Of a stretch of DNA of 60,908 nt, positions 16,564-26,859 are shown piece after piece; position 1 is the stretch's first letter, and every line of letters starts with the position of its first letter. The stretch is from a virus (lineage: Duplodnaviria > Heunggongvirae > Uroviricota > Caudoviricetes): the IMG/VR virus record IMGVR_UViG_3300027734_000034. One strand, given 5' to 3'. The notes under the pieces were generated by a model. It worked only from the letters and a program-made list of their open reading frames with translations. It made no database searches and was not told the DNA's origin. A program made the position numbers and the translations under genes.

Positions 16564-19122
16564 TTATAGACCGCTTAACTTTAAATAGTCTTTTAACAAA
16601 TCAGTAGACTCTTTCATTGGGCTACCTAATCCATCAACTCCCATGCGAGATGATTGACCAGACACAACTGGAATAGTTGTTTGACCAGTAGATTTTTGTT
16701 TATTCAATCCACCACTGATAACTTTAGTCATAAAGTCAATGTCAGCTTCAAATGCTGCATCTGTGCCGTTTTTACCGGCTTCATTAGCCCATTCGTCTAG
16801 CTTCTTTTCTTTTTTGTCTTTCTTGTCATCATACTCAATGTCTTTTTTTACTTTCTTACCAGCTTCTTCTGCCTTGTCATCATCTTTACCTTTATGACCT
16901 TCGTCATATTCGATATCTTTAGCGACTTTTTTAGCGGCTCTTTCTGCTTTGTCATCTTTCTCACTAGTAGATTCTTCTGATAAGAATGCTAATTTCTTGT
17001 AAAGATTAGCAAAAGATTCTGCTACTGTTTCACATTTACAAGGACTGCAATCACATTTTTTGCAAGTGTCATTTGCATTACCTTCTGCTACGTTTTCAGT
17101 ATCATCTGCATCAGTCTCTGCTTCAGCTTCGTCATCGCCATCTTCAGATACTGGTTTTGAATATATTTGACCTTCTTCTTCATCTTCTCCTGCATCTGCG
17201 GTTGCTAATGCACTGTTAGCTGCTGCATTACCGGCAACATCAGCATTAGTATTATCAGCACCAGAATCCGGGGCATTTTCAGCAACTTCAAATTCCATTT
17301 GATCTTCTGATTCTTGTTCACCCATAACTGATTGTTGACCAGAACCACATTGATGATTCTCTTCCATCATACCGCCACATTCATTGCAAGTTTCTTCTTC
17401 ACCGTGCATGTGACCTTCTTCAGACCCTTCTTCATCTGCGTAGTCGCCACCACTTTGCATCTCACCGCCAGATAACTTCTTCATCAATGCCATCATGCCG
17501 TCATGGTCATCAACTACTTCAATTCCACCTGGTGCTTGTGTTGAGCCTTGTGGTGCGCCGTACCCATTTTGTTCATCACCACCAAATAAACCCATGCCTG
17601 CTGATTTGATGATAGATAATAATTGGTCTGCTTCACCGTCTTGCGCTGATACACTTACTGAATCAGGAGATCCTTGTTGACCTTTGCTGATTGAAACAGT
17701 CATGCCTTCTGAAACTTTTTCTTCGCTTTCAAGTAGTGCATTCAATTGCTTGTCCAATGATTCAAATGCAAATTCTTCTAAATTTGAATCATAGCGTGTT
17801 CTATCAGTAAATGTATTTCCACCTACTTTAAATTTACTACCGTGTGGTGTTTTAGCAAGACCGGCAGTGAAAGCATTGCCTTCGTCCATACCCATATCAT
17901 CAGCACCATAGCTAGCCATTGTGCCTACTTCAGATGATACTTCATCAACTGCTGTACGACCTAAGATTGGCATCTGACCATAGCACTCATCTAGTCCTTC
18001 TTTAAAGCCGTCGTGATAATGTCTTGCTTCTTCCATATCATCGTGTGTGCAATTGTATGGCATTTTTCTTAAAGCATGACTTTTGCCTTCAAGCCTTGCT
18101 GCTTGTAATCCGTGTTCCATACCTTCTTTCACTTTCTTTTTATCTTTTACGGCTTTTTTCATTGGCTCTTTTTTGTCACCGTCTTTATCCATATCTAAGA
18201 AGTCTGGTTTAGCAGCTTCTTTTACTTCTTTCTTAGCGAAAGGATTAACACCTTTCTTGCCTTCTAATACATCACGACTAGGAGTGCTTAGTGGACTTGA
18301 TTGAGCAAAGTGCTGTGGCGCATCAGCTTCATGCATCTTGCTTAATGTCTTAGCAAGTTGTGCTTGCTTTTCTGTCTTAGCCGAATAATCTTCTTTGTGT
18401 GCTAACACCTTTGCTCTAAACTGAGCAGGAGTCATATTATGTGATTTTGCTTTTGCAGTGAATGCACCTTTATTTTTGGTAGCATCTTTGATCCAATTAT
18501 CGCCTGTTTCTTTCATTGGTGCAACTTGTGAACCTGCACCTGCTGCAGGGGTAGCACCTGGAGTTTGTTGAGTAGGAGCTGCGCCCGGCTTTTGCATTGA
18601 CATTGTACCATTCTTAGCAGCTTGAACTACGGCTGGGTCTTGTGTAGTGATAGCTGGCATATTAGGATTAGCAGGATCTTTAATCATAAATGCAGGTTTT
18701 GATGCCATTTGTTGTTGTTGCTTTTGTTGTGCTGTAGCAGGCATTGGTTGTACGGCTAACCCTGCTTCATTTACTGCTTTGTCCATATTATCAAAGTATT
18801 CTTTGAGACTATGTTTAACACTAGGCTTGCCACTTGGCTTAGGTGCTTTACCCATACCCATTGCTTGGCTTAATGCTGAACTATCATATTTTTTAACTTC
18901 ACCTGATGAATCAGCGGCCTTTGGAGGACGACCTTTGCCACGCTTAACAGCAGGAGCATCACTCATCTTAGATAGACTTGCACGACCAATTGGTTTACCG
19001 TATTGATCGGTAACATCTTCTGAACCGTGTCTATTTCCATAACCGCCAGGGCCTGCTTTGTGAATAGTTGATCCGCTTTCGCTTAATTGGTCAAATGATT
19101 TTAATATATCTCTAATATCCAT
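16564..19122 (-). CDS. Acidic low-complexity head-associated protein, probable protease-processed internal/core protein
   Basis: Many (L/V/M)xE|G/A/S sites, KPDFLDMDKDGDKKEPMKKA motif, AT-hook-like KRGKGRPPK. Confidence 0.5.
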   Translation of the reverse strand: MDIRDILKSFDQLSESGSTIHKAGPGGYGNRHGSEDVTDQYGKPIGRASLSKMSDAPAVKRGKGRPPKAADSSGEVKKYDSSALSQAMGMGKAPKPSGKPSVKHSLKEYFDNMDKAVNEAGLAVQPMPATAQQKQQQQMASKPAFMIKDPANPNMPAITTQDPAVVQAAKNGTMSMQKPGAAPTQQTPGATPAAGAGSQVAPMKETGDNWIKDATKNKGAFTAKAKSHNMTPAQFRAKVLAHKEDYSAKTEKQAQLAKTLSKMHEADAPQHFAQSSPLSTPSRDVLEGKKGVNPFAKKEVKEAAKPDFLDMDKDGDKKEPMKKAVKDKKKVKEGMEHGLQAARLEGKSHALRKMPYNCTHDDMEEARHYHDGFKEGLDECYGQMPILGRTAVDEVSSEVGTMASYGADDMGMDEGNAFTAGLAKTPHGSKFKVGGNTFTDRTRYDSNLEEFAFESLDKQLNALLESEEKVSEGMTVSISKGQQGSPDSVSVSAQDGEADQLLSIIKSAGMGLFGGDEQNGYGAPQGSTQAPGGIEVVDDHDGMMALMKKLSGGEMQSGGDYADEEGSEEGHMHGEEETCNECGGMMEENHQCGSGQQSVMGEQESEDQMEFEVAENAPDSGADNTNADVAGNAAANSALATADAGEDEEEGQIYSKPVSEDGDDEAEAETDADDTENVAEGNANDTCKKCDCSPCKCETVAESFANLYKKLAFLSEESTSEKDDKAERAAKKVAKDIEYDEGHKGKDDDKAEEAGKKVKKDIEYDDKKDKKEKKLDEWANEAGKNGTDAAFEADIDFMTKVISGGLNKQKSTGQTTIPVVSGQSSRMGVDGLGSPMKESTDLLKDYLKLSGL

Positions 19123-19132
19123 TTTCTTTTCC

Positions 19133-19762
19133 TTAACGGTTATATGCTGCGCCAGTCTTTGGCTTTGGTGGCATCTTAATAGTACTCATTGGACTTTTAT
19201 CGCCCATTTTCTTATCATCTAGATATGGCTTGAACGGGTCAAACGAATCTGGTGTTTCTTTTCCTGCGTAAGGAATATCAATCATACTGTCTTTAGTTTG
19301 TTCCTTGATTGATTGTAAATATGAATCACCATATGCTTTGCTTGCTGCTTTAGCATCTGGTTGCTCACCCATTTTTTCTTGGTCAAGCAATGGGCTATTT
19401 TTCATTTCGTCCTCATATCCAGCCATTTCACTATCAACACTTTCATCATAGTCAGTAGATACCATACGCACCATGTTAACATTGTAACCACATAGTTGAG
19501 CAATCTGTTGTATCATTGGTTCTGTAGCTGGATATCTAAATTCAGCTTTAATCAATGTTACACTTTCATTCTCTAAATTAGGGAAACCATATGGAGATTT
19601 CTGTATTGGGGTACTTTTTGGTTCACTTATTTCCACTGGGTCAAACTTCTTTAGATTGAACTTAAACATATCTATAAAGTTTTTATCAATGGTGCCGGCA
19701 ATTTTGATAGTATAATTGTAAGTATGTATACTTTCCATAATATGTTGTTTAAGGCTTCGCAT
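19133..19762 (-). CDS. Hypothetical late protein, probably head-associated
   Basis: Clean ORF with RBS, preceded by GATAAATA (19782-19789); N-terminus MRSLKQHIMES resembles a capsid-targeting leader. Confidence 0.55.
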   Translation of the reverse strand: MRSLKQHIMESIHTYNYTIKIAGTIDKNFIDMFKFNLKKFDPVEISEPKSTPIQKSPYGFPNLENESVTLIKAEFRYPATEPMIQQIAQLCGYNVNMVRMVSTDYDESVDSEMAGYEDEMKNSPLLDQEKMGEQPDAKAASKAYGDSYLQSIKEQTKDSMIDIPYAGKETPDSFDPFKPYLDDKKMGDKSPMSTIKMPPKPKTGAAYNR

Positions 19763-19792
19763 GTTTTATTCCTGTATATCTTATTTATCTTT

Positions 19793-20269
19793 TTAAGTGG
19801 ATTTTGATGCCAACATCTTAAGCAACTCGTTTCTGTCAAGTTCTCTACCTTCTCCTACAGGAGTAGCTTCAATCTCTTTCTCTCTACTTGCTTCTTTTTG
19901 ATCTAATTGTGCTTTCTTTAGCTGTAAATCAATCATCTTTAGCTTCTTATTTAGTTTGGCAGTCTTTGCTGTGATTGCATGACCAAGCATAGTTCCAGCG
20001 ACATTGAATATTTCGCTAGCATATCTACTGTCAACTTGCATCCCTAAGTCCATCAAGTCTTTATAGCTATCTTGTGCTAGTGTAGCAAGACTATCCATCT
20101 CATCATCTGCGGCTTCTAATCCACGTACTTGAGGTAATGCTTGTTCTATTTTTGATAGACTATCTAATGCTTCAGTGGTGATTTCCTGTGCATTGTCTGG
20201 GGTTGGTTTTGCCAAGCTGTCAATATCGTCTTGGGGAAGTTCAAAGAGTTCTTCTAGTTTTTTGGTCAT
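19793..20269 (-). CDS. Helical hypothetical protein, possibly terminase small subunit-like
   Basis: SRYASEIFNVAGTML...KMIDLQLKK loosely resembles the RAYEVAGQL...LIDLQKK segment of T4-like gp16 proteins; weak. Confidence 0.35.
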   Translation of the reverse strand: MTKKLEELFELPQDDIDSLAKPTPDNAQEITTEALDSLSKIEQALPQVRGLEAADDEMDSLATLAQDSYKDLMDLGMQVDSRYASEIFNVAGTMLGHAITAKTAKLNKKLKMIDLQLKKAQLDQKEASREKEIEATPVGEGRELDRNELLKMLASKST

Positions 20270-20281
20270 AAAAGTATTTAG

Positions 20282-20719
20282 TTACTTTCGTGACCCGTTT
20301 CTAAAAAGGTCATCTTCTGTGATTACTCTAAAAGAAAAACCTTGCACTTTACAATATGCCATTGCCGATTGCCATTTAGCATGGTTTACTGCTACCACAG
20401 CCCTATCTCTTGCGCTTGCTACTCTGCTTTCAATCAGACTTTGTTTTTTAGGTTTAATTTCTACAACTTCTGCTAATTGTTTGCCATACTTGTTTTGATA
20501 TACAACAAAAAAATCTGGTATATAATTATGAATTTTACCATCTAATGGACTACGATATGGGATAGCCATTGATTCACTTGCCCAATGTGTCACGTTTTTA
20601 TTAGTGTCACAAAAGGTCATGAATGTTAGTTCCCACCCTGATCTATATTTAGGTTTATGCTTACCTACATACTTTTGTGGGTTTTTAGGAGTAAATATAC
20701 CTTGTGCCCAATTAGCCAT
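20282..20719 (-). CDS. gp4: Head completion nuclease, T4 gp4-like (TnsA-like endonuclease fold)
   Basis: PKNPQKYVG...YRSGWE..FM.FCD.N.NV..WASE...IPY.SP.DG..H.Y.PDF...E.KP...VN.AKW.A motif set. Confidence 0.85.
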   Translation of the reverse strand: MANWAQGIFTPKNPQKYVGKHKPKYRSGWELTFMTFCDTNKNVTHWASESMAIPYRSPLDGKIHNYIPDFFVVYQNKYGKQLAEVVEIKPKKQSLIESRVASARDRAVVAVNHAKWQSAMAYCKVQGFSFRVITEDDLFRNGSRK

Positions 20720-20721
20720 GA

Positions 20722-21087
20722 TTATTGCACAATGTTTCGTGCGACTGATTGATTTGGTCTTGGTAAAACACTAGTACCATACAGTGTAGTTTTGTTTTTA
20801 AAACTATTAAGATAGTATGCAAGTATTTGATTTATTTCCATCTTTTGTTTACCCTTAAGTTGATTTAATAAATCAAGAACTGGTATTTGAGTTTGTTGTG
20901 AAATTCTGAATAAAATAACAGTAAAATTATCAGCTATATCTACTGAATCACATATTGAAGTAAAGTATGAATGTACGATATCATACTCATTAGGATTAAC
21001 TATGAGGTTAAAAGAATAAAACGAATCAAAAATTCTGATTGTTTTATCTATTGAGTTAGATTTACGGTTGTCTATTACGCTTGCCAT
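20722..21087 (-). CDS. Hypothetical protein
   Basis: Clean ORF in the operon, preceded by GATAAATA (21092-21099). Confidence 0.6.
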   Translation of the reverse strand: MASVIDNRKSNSIDKTIRIFDSFYSFNLIVNPNEYDIVHSYFTSICDSVDIADNFTVILFRISQQTQIPVLDLLNQLKGKQKMEINQILAYYLNSFKNKTTLYGTSVLPRPNQSVARNIVQ

Positions 21088-21097
21088 ATTTTATTTA

Positions 21098-22423
21098 TCA
21101 ATCAATAATTTGATTTCTATTTTTACCATATTGTTGGAACGCATAACTAGGAACTTGATATCCAGCTGGTTTGGCTCCTAATTGTTCAGGGCCTTGTTGT
21201 GCGTTTACAGGTTGACTTGCTTTATTTTCTGTTGCAGTAGTTTCACCCGAAGCAGGGAATGTGAATGGATTATTTCTAGTATTGCTTTGTTCTACCCCAT
21301 TTGGCAATCCAGCAACGACTGGCGAAGGTGCTACATTTAATGTATTAGGATTTTTAATTGAATCATACGCAACTACACTAGGGTTATTTCTGCCACTACC
21401 ATACCCATAGCCTACTATTGCTCCTGTACTACTAGTAACTGCGCCGCCTGCACTATCTACTAAATTTTGTGGTCCGGGAACAGGACCATTTGCACCCTTA
21501 GGTGTTATAGTACTTAATCGTCTATCATAGCTTCCGTCATCACCAAATCCAGTAGGTATATTACTTGGATCCCGCCCATCGATTGCACCTTCGTTATAAA
21601 CTACTGTTTCATAATCTATGGACATTTGATTTTCCATAGTGCCTGTGTTTTGAGCATAGTCATATGTATCATGTGTAAATCTTGTTATGATAGGGTTTAT
21701 TAAAGTATAAGCAGAAAACAGATGACGGTTAAATCCAAAGATAGTGATATTCTTAAAGAAAGGAATTTTAACTCCATCTGCGTTTTGATTCTCGCCTATA
21801 TAACCCCAATCAGTGTTCCCTGTATTAGAAGGTTTATATTGTGTTCTATCATTGTATCTAGCTTCAGTTGGAATTATTATTGTGCCGCCTCCACCTTGTA
21901 CTGGGGTGCCACCGGCACCTCTGTTACCGGAAAATACTACTTCAGGAGTTGTACCATCAAAGTAATAATAATTGTAATATGCTTTCCACAATGCTCTTAT
22001 AGTTCCGCCTAGATTAGGCGTGCCCAATCCTGAACCATTGTCATCGTGAAATGTAACATCTATTGGATCGTATTTGATTTTTGTTTGTACAATTCTCTTA
22101 CGATTGTACTGATTCAGTATAGCAGTTTCAATATTAAAACTAGGAAGTTTAACTGATTTAACTAGTACGCCGTAATCATTACTAACTGCGCCCGGAAATG
22201 CTTCAGGGTTTATTTTGAAATAAACATGAAATAAGTATTTAAATTTGGGGGCGTTTCGATAATCGCCGTTTTTAAAGCCAGGGCCACCGCCTCCCCTAAA
22301 TACTTTACTTGCGTGAGTGTAATCACGCAAGGTAGCTTGCCCGGATGTGGTTTGTCCCGGACGGTTTGGCAAAACACGCTGTATATTATTAGGTAGACTA
22401 TTGTTATTAAAAGTATCAGCCAT
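21098..22423 (-). CDS. Tail tube-like paralog (gp19/gp54-type, possible tube initiator) with C-terminal low-complexity extension
   Basis: PKFKYLFHVYF...VKSVKLPSF......NQYNRKR.VQTKI.YDPI.VTFHDD parallels the adjacent tube gene. Confidence 0.6.
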   Translation of the reverse strand: MADTFNNNSLPNNIQRVLPNRPGQTTSGQATLRDYTHASKVFRGGGGPGFKNGDYRNAPKFKYLFHVYFKINPEAFPGAVSNDYGVLVKSVKLPSFNIETAILNQYNRKRIVQTKIKYDPIDVTFHDDNGSGLGTPNLGGTIRALWKAYYNYYYFDGTTPEVVFSGNRGAGGTPVQGGGGTIIIPTEARYNDRTQYKPSNTGNTDWGYIGENQNADGVKIPFFKNITIFGFNRHLFSAYTLINPIITRFTHDTYDYAQNTGTMENQMSIDYETVVYNEGAIDGRDPSNIPTGFGDDGSYDRRLSTITPKGANGPVPGPQNLVDSAGGAVTSSTGAIVGYGYGSGRNNPSVVAYDSIKNPNTLNVAPSPVVAGLPNGVEQSNTRNNPFTFPASGETTATENKASQPVNAQQGPEQLGAKPAGYQVPSYAFQQYGKNRNQIID

Positions 22424-22444
22424 ATTTAATAGCCAACTAAAATA

Positions 22445-23083
22445 TTATAGACTACCACCAATACCAGTAGCGATATCTCCAACTGTTCTCTGAATAGCTT
22501 CACCTACACCTACTAGACCGCCACCAGCTGATTGAATTGCATTATCATAGCGTAATGTTAGTGCAATAGTTACTGCTTCGTTAGTTGCATAGTTCAATGT
22601 GTTATAGTTTGCAGTTTGAATAAAGCAACCATATAATTCCCATGTTTCTAACACAACAGGACCTTGGGTTCCATTGCCGCCGTCTAGTATTTCAATATCA
22701 GTTTGAAATTTATAATCTTGACCACTAGCTGCACTTGCTTGTTCAACAAAGTCCATTTGCTTCTGTAATTGTTGTCCTACTAATGCAGACACAGTACCAG
22801 ATGCATCATCACGAATGTTAATAGCAAGTGTTTGCCATGTTGCTTTACCTGCCAAATACATAGTTGAGTTATATACTGGTATTGTTATTTCTTGAAATTG
22901 TACTTGTGGTCTAGCGCAGTCAATAACTTGCTTAGTTAAACTTACGGTATCACCAGCAGTTCCAATATTTAAAAAATTTACTCTGAACCTAAATTGTAGT
23001 TTAGGCATTAATAAGCCCTGATTGCCGCCGGCATTATCAGATGCTACTGTCATGTTGAACAATGATTGTGAGGCTGTTGCCAT
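22445..23083 (-). CDS. gp19: Tail tube protein
   Basis: PKLQFRFRV...QV....RP...F....I...N...Y.AGK..W......IRDD...W.L.GCF...L.LRYDNA; immediately downstream of the sheath gene. Confidence 0.8.
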   Translation of the reverse strand: MATASQSLFNMTVASDNAGGNQGLLMPKLQFRFRVNFLNIGTAGDTVSLTKQVIDCARPQVQFQEITIPVYNSTMYLAGKATWQTLAINIRDDASGTVSALVGQQLQKQMDFVEQASAASGQDYKFQTDIEILDGGNGTQGPVVLETWELYGCFIQTANYNTLNYATNEAVTIALTLRYDNAIQSAGGGLVGVGEAIQRTVGDIATGIGGSL

Positions 23084-23105
23084 TTTATGTTTCTCCTGTT
23101 AATAT

Positions 23106-23113
23106 TATTTATC
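23106..23113 (-). promoter_or_regulatory. Late promoter GATAAATA for tail tube
   Basis: Octamer lies between the sheath terminator and the AGGAG RBS. Confidence 0.65.
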
Positions 23114-23115
23114 TT

Positions 23116-23147
23116 AAATCAAAGATAACCCCTTTCGGGGTCATCTT
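23116..23147 (-). terminator. Intrinsic terminator after tail sheath gene
   Basis: AAGATGACCCC-GAAA-GGGGTTATCTT followed by TGATTT. Confidence 0.7.
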
Positions 23148-26100
23148 ATAATGCTTTTATCTCACCTGTGTTTAATACTCTAACTGGAATATAAATGAAT
23201 TCAGCTGCCTTGACTGGTTCGATTGCAACATCTACCCACAACTCATTCCTATCTATTCTTGCAGGAGTATTGTTTGATTGATCACAAATTACAAGATAAT
23301 CATATATGCCTCGTTTTGCAACTAAATCAATCATCAATGTTTGTATTACACCTTGAATCTGATTACGTGTTAACGCATCGTTTGGCTCAAATACAAACGG
23401 TCTTGACGCTAACTCTAGTTGCCTACGAATATAAGCAATCAATCTAGCAACATTGGTTCTATCTAATGCACTTTGACTATCGTAACTTGTCTTGTTACCA
23501 TAATTTAACAATCCAACACCAGTGAAGAATACTAATGGATTGATAAAGTTAATATATAATACATCACGAATTCCTAAGCGGGTCTTGATAGTTATAAATT
23601 CACCTGTAGTACTATCTAAATATCCAATGTTTGTAGCATTGTCAATGTTACCTCTACGTGTACCTGCTGCTGCTAACCAAGGATACGCAATTGTATCATT
23701 GCGTAAGAAAGTACGTAACATCATGTGACTTGGTGGAACTGCAACAATATTACCTGATAAGTCTGAAGTCAATCCACTTGGATAGAACAAACCTAAGTAA
23801 GTATTGCGTGTTACACAACCTTCTTCACCTGTACTTGTAGCACCAGCTGCATTAGTTGCCCATGCTTGAATTGCAGTTGCAGTTGCTGGTAATCTCATTG
23901 GAGTATCACCTAGTATGTATGCTGTCTCACCGCGATCTGCGTTCAATACAACCATGTTAGGTTGTAGTTCTGGATAGTTAGGTGTAGCCATCAAGTTAAA
24001 GAAGTTATCTTGATCACGCAAATCAGTATTAGTATCAATTGCTGAACGCAATGCTTTTACAACCATTTGACGTTGTGCTTTACGACCCATATATGGACTA
24101 CCATTTGATTGTAAACCACTTACACTTAACCATGTTGCAGTCTCTGTTGGAAGAGGACCATCTGGGTATTTTGTGCCAGTGAAATAGTTTGATTGATACT
24201 CTTTAACATTGTATCCTGAACGGCGTGTGTTGAATAATAACATACCAGTTGGATATAGTGCAGGATCGGGTGCATCTAAATCTAAGTAGTCACTAGTTAA
24301 AAGACTAGTGATTGTTGGAATAGGATCATCAACCACATTAGTGACGCCATTTGTTGCCCAACGTGCATCAGCAAACAATACACCAGTTGAACTAGTTTGG
24401 TTGCTATTATCAATCAATACCCACATATCTGTTGCACTGACAGTATCATACTGCCAACGACTGATAACTGGGTAATTTTCTAAATCGCTTGTGTCAATCC
24501 ACAAGTCACCGTAAACTAATGCAGTGTCATCACTTTGCAAAGTTGGCTCAGTAGCACTAATGATAGGACCATTTGGATCTGTTGCATTTACGCCTGTAAA
24601 TGAAGGGAAACCATTATTATCATAATTTATGTTTTTATAACCATTCCATTGACCATTGGCTTGAACCATGATATCAACTTCATCAACCACGCTATAGTAC
24701 CATGGTGTTCCGTTCGCTGGATTTGCAACTGGTGCTATTTCGTTTATCGTGTATGTTAAGTAACCCCAATTACTTATTTGTGTATTGAAAACATTATTTG
24801 CGTTTCCAGAAACAAAAGTCACCGCAGTTACTCCGCCGCTTCCATTTACTGATACAACTTCTAATACCAAATCATTTGTAGTAGTTGAACCTCCTAATAA
24901 AGCACCGCTTGTAGTTAATGTATTGCCAACTGAATAACCTGTGCCAGCTGCGGTTACTCCATTTCCAGTAATTTGATATGTATCAAAAACATTAGTAGAA
25001 ACTTGAATTGTGCAATTTGAGCCGGCTCCACCTGTTGTTGCTATTCCAGTATAAACATTTGTTTGGGCTGGCCCTATTTTTGTATAAGCTGTATTTAGAG
25101 TATAGTCTAATCCAACTTGAGTTAAAATACCAGCACTTTTACCTTGATTAGCACCTGCAGTTTGAATGTAATCATTTAATATGATTTGACCGCCCTCAGT
25201 GTGAGTTAATACAATTGCTCCGTCACTGTTGACTTCAGCACTAGTATAGTCTATACTCTGTGCAGACCAAGCTGTGACAAATTGCGTAGGAGTACAACTA
25301 TCTGGAATAGTAACTTGATATTGACTTGATAATATGTTACTGTTTGGAATACTTGTTTGTACATATAATACTGCTGAACCTAAGCTATAGTTTAAATTAA
25401 CAATAAAATTAGTTTCAGATCCTGTACAGACTGTAGGCCCAGCCGCTAGTTTTGTAAAAATGAACGTAGGAGAAGTTGACCCAATTCCTACCCCATTTAA
25501 ATTATTAAATGAATTGTATTGTCCATATATACTTCCAACCGGAACTGCTTGTCCACCAGTAGCATCTAAACTAGAATCAATATCCCAATCGTCCATTGCT
25601 AGATTGACAGTTTGTGCAGTCCATGCAGCAGTCACTGCATTATATTTTGATATAATAGGATTTAAACCAAGACCGTTTGACCCAACTTTAATCCAAACTG
25701 AACCTGTTGGGTGAGGATATTGTTGACTACTGGTCCATAGTGGCATTTCTGCTGAAGTACCATATTCAACTTTTGGTTGATAATAAATTCCTGTATCTAT
25801 ACCTAAATCATCTAATACAGTTCCTGTCCCAGTTACAATTTCAAAATATGGATTATCTGTAGTAGGTTGTGATGAATATATATTTAATTTACCTGACACA
25901 ACTGAAGCATTCACGTAACTATACCCTAAATTATTAATTGCTGTTGCAACACCGGCAACATTATTGTTAGTAGAAGCCGGAACAGTTACTGTAATATTAA
26001 ATAAATTGTTCACACTTATGATAAAAGTATCGGCTGCGGTTAATGTAGGATTAGAATTTGTTCCTTGCACGGTTGGCCAAGAGTTTGCCCAGCTTCTACT

Positions 26101-26742
26101 ACCTAATAATACCCAATTATTACCTATTGATTTATAAAAATATTGATTACCGGCTCCATAGCTTGCACTATAGTTAGGAACAACACAATAATCACCAATA
26201 TTTCCAATACTATCTGCTGGATAATTACCTGTCAGATACGCTGTATCATTAATAACTATAGGAGTCTTTACACTAAAAGTACCAGTGGTAGCATTAAATT
26301 GATAAATGCCCCAAGCACTGGTAGTAATATTTTGCCAGTATTCATTAGCAGTCGGTGCACCAGACGGACGACCAACTGTACCTACGAACGCGGCTAAATC
26401 AATATCTGCTCTCAAGCAGTATACACGATTGGTAACACCAAGTGCAGAATATGCAGCTAATAAGCCATATTCATTTAACTCGTAACCTTGAATAGGTGTG
26501 CCATTGGTTGTTGTGTAGAAGAAAGGTACCCCATAGAAATCTGCTAAGTCTTTTTGACTTGTGATTTGATATAGTTTCCCTGCGTTAGCAGCAGTAGTAC
26601 CAGCAGCTACACCAGTTCCAGAAGGATTTGATTTATTTTGTGCTGTTGCGAAAACTACTAGCGGTACTGAATTAGTTGCGGCTGGTAAATATTGACTTTG
26701 GTCAATGATTGTTACTTGTACGCCTGGAGATGTTAATGCCAT
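23146..26742 (-). CDS. gp18: Contractile tail sheath protein (1198 aa)
   Basis: MALTSPGVQVTIIDQSQY start and a C-terminal W.AAAG.RRG...NP..F...G....G.KT...RINVARL...FVFEPND.LTR...D..NNTPARIDRNEL.VD.AIEPVKA.EFIYIP sheath signature. Confidence 0.95.
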   Translation of the reverse strand: MALTSPGVQVTIIDQSQYLPAATNSVPLVVFATAQNKSNPSGTGVAAGTTAANAGKLYQITSQKDLADFYGVPFFYTTTNGTPIQGYELNEYGLLAAYSALGVTNRVYCLRADIDLAAFVGTVGRPSGAPTANEYWQNITTSAWGIYQFNATTGTFSVKTPIVINDTAYLTGNYPADSIGNIGDYCVVPNYSASYGAGNQYFYKSIGNNWVLLGSRSWANSWPTVQGTNSNPTLTAADTFIISVNNLFNITVTVPASTNNNVAGVATAINNLGYSYVNASVVSGKLNIYSSQPTTDNPYFEIVTGTGTVLDDLGIDTGIYYQPKVEYGTSAEMPLWTSSQQYPHPTGSVWIKVGSNGLGLNPIISKYNAVTAAWTAQTVNLAMDDWDIDSSLDATGGQAVPVGSIYGQYNSFNNLNGVGIGSTSPTFIFTKLAAGPTVCTGSETNFIVNLNYSLGSAVLYVQTSIPNSNILSSQYQVTIPDSCTPTQFVTAWSAQSIDYTSAEVNSDGAIVLTHTEGGQIILNDYIQTAGANQGKSAGILTQVGLDYTLNTAYTKIGPAQTNVYTGIATTGGAGSNCTIQVSTNVFDTYQITGNGVTAAGTGYSVGNTLTTSGALLGGSTTTNDLVLEVVSVNGSGGVTAVTFVSGNANNVFNTQISNWGYLTYTINEIAPVANPANGTPWYYSVVDEVDIMVQANGQWNGYKNINYDNNGFPSFTGVNATDPNGPIISATEPTLQSDDTALVYGDLWIDTSDLENYPVISRWQYDTVSATDMWVLIDNSNQTSSTGVLFADARWATNGVTNVVDDPIPTITSLLTSDYLDLDAPDPALYPTGMLLFNTRRSGYNVKEYQSNYFTGTKYPDGPLPTETATWLSVSGLQSNGSPYMGRKAQRQMVVKALRSAIDTNTDLRDQDNFFNLMATPNYPELQPNMVVLNADRGETAYILGDTPMRLPATATAIQAWATNAAGATSTGEEGCVTRNTYLGLFYPSGLTSDLSGNIVAVPPSHMMLRTFLRNDTIAYPWLAAAGTRRGNIDNATNIGYLDSTTGEFITIKTRLGIRDVLYINFINPLVFFTGVGLLNYGNKTSYDSQSALDRTNVARLIAYIRRQLELASRPFVFEPNDALTRNQIQGVIQTLMIDLVAKRGIYDYLVICDQSNNTPARIDRNELWVDVAIEPVKAAEFIYIPVRVLNTGEIKAL

Positions 26743-26859
26743 TTTATTTTTCCTTTAGTAAAATTATGAGGTTTACAACCTGATTGCATACTATTATTTA
26801 TGAATAAATTGAAAAAAGTCGGTATAATAAAACCTTCGAAGGTTAACTATAAATACATT

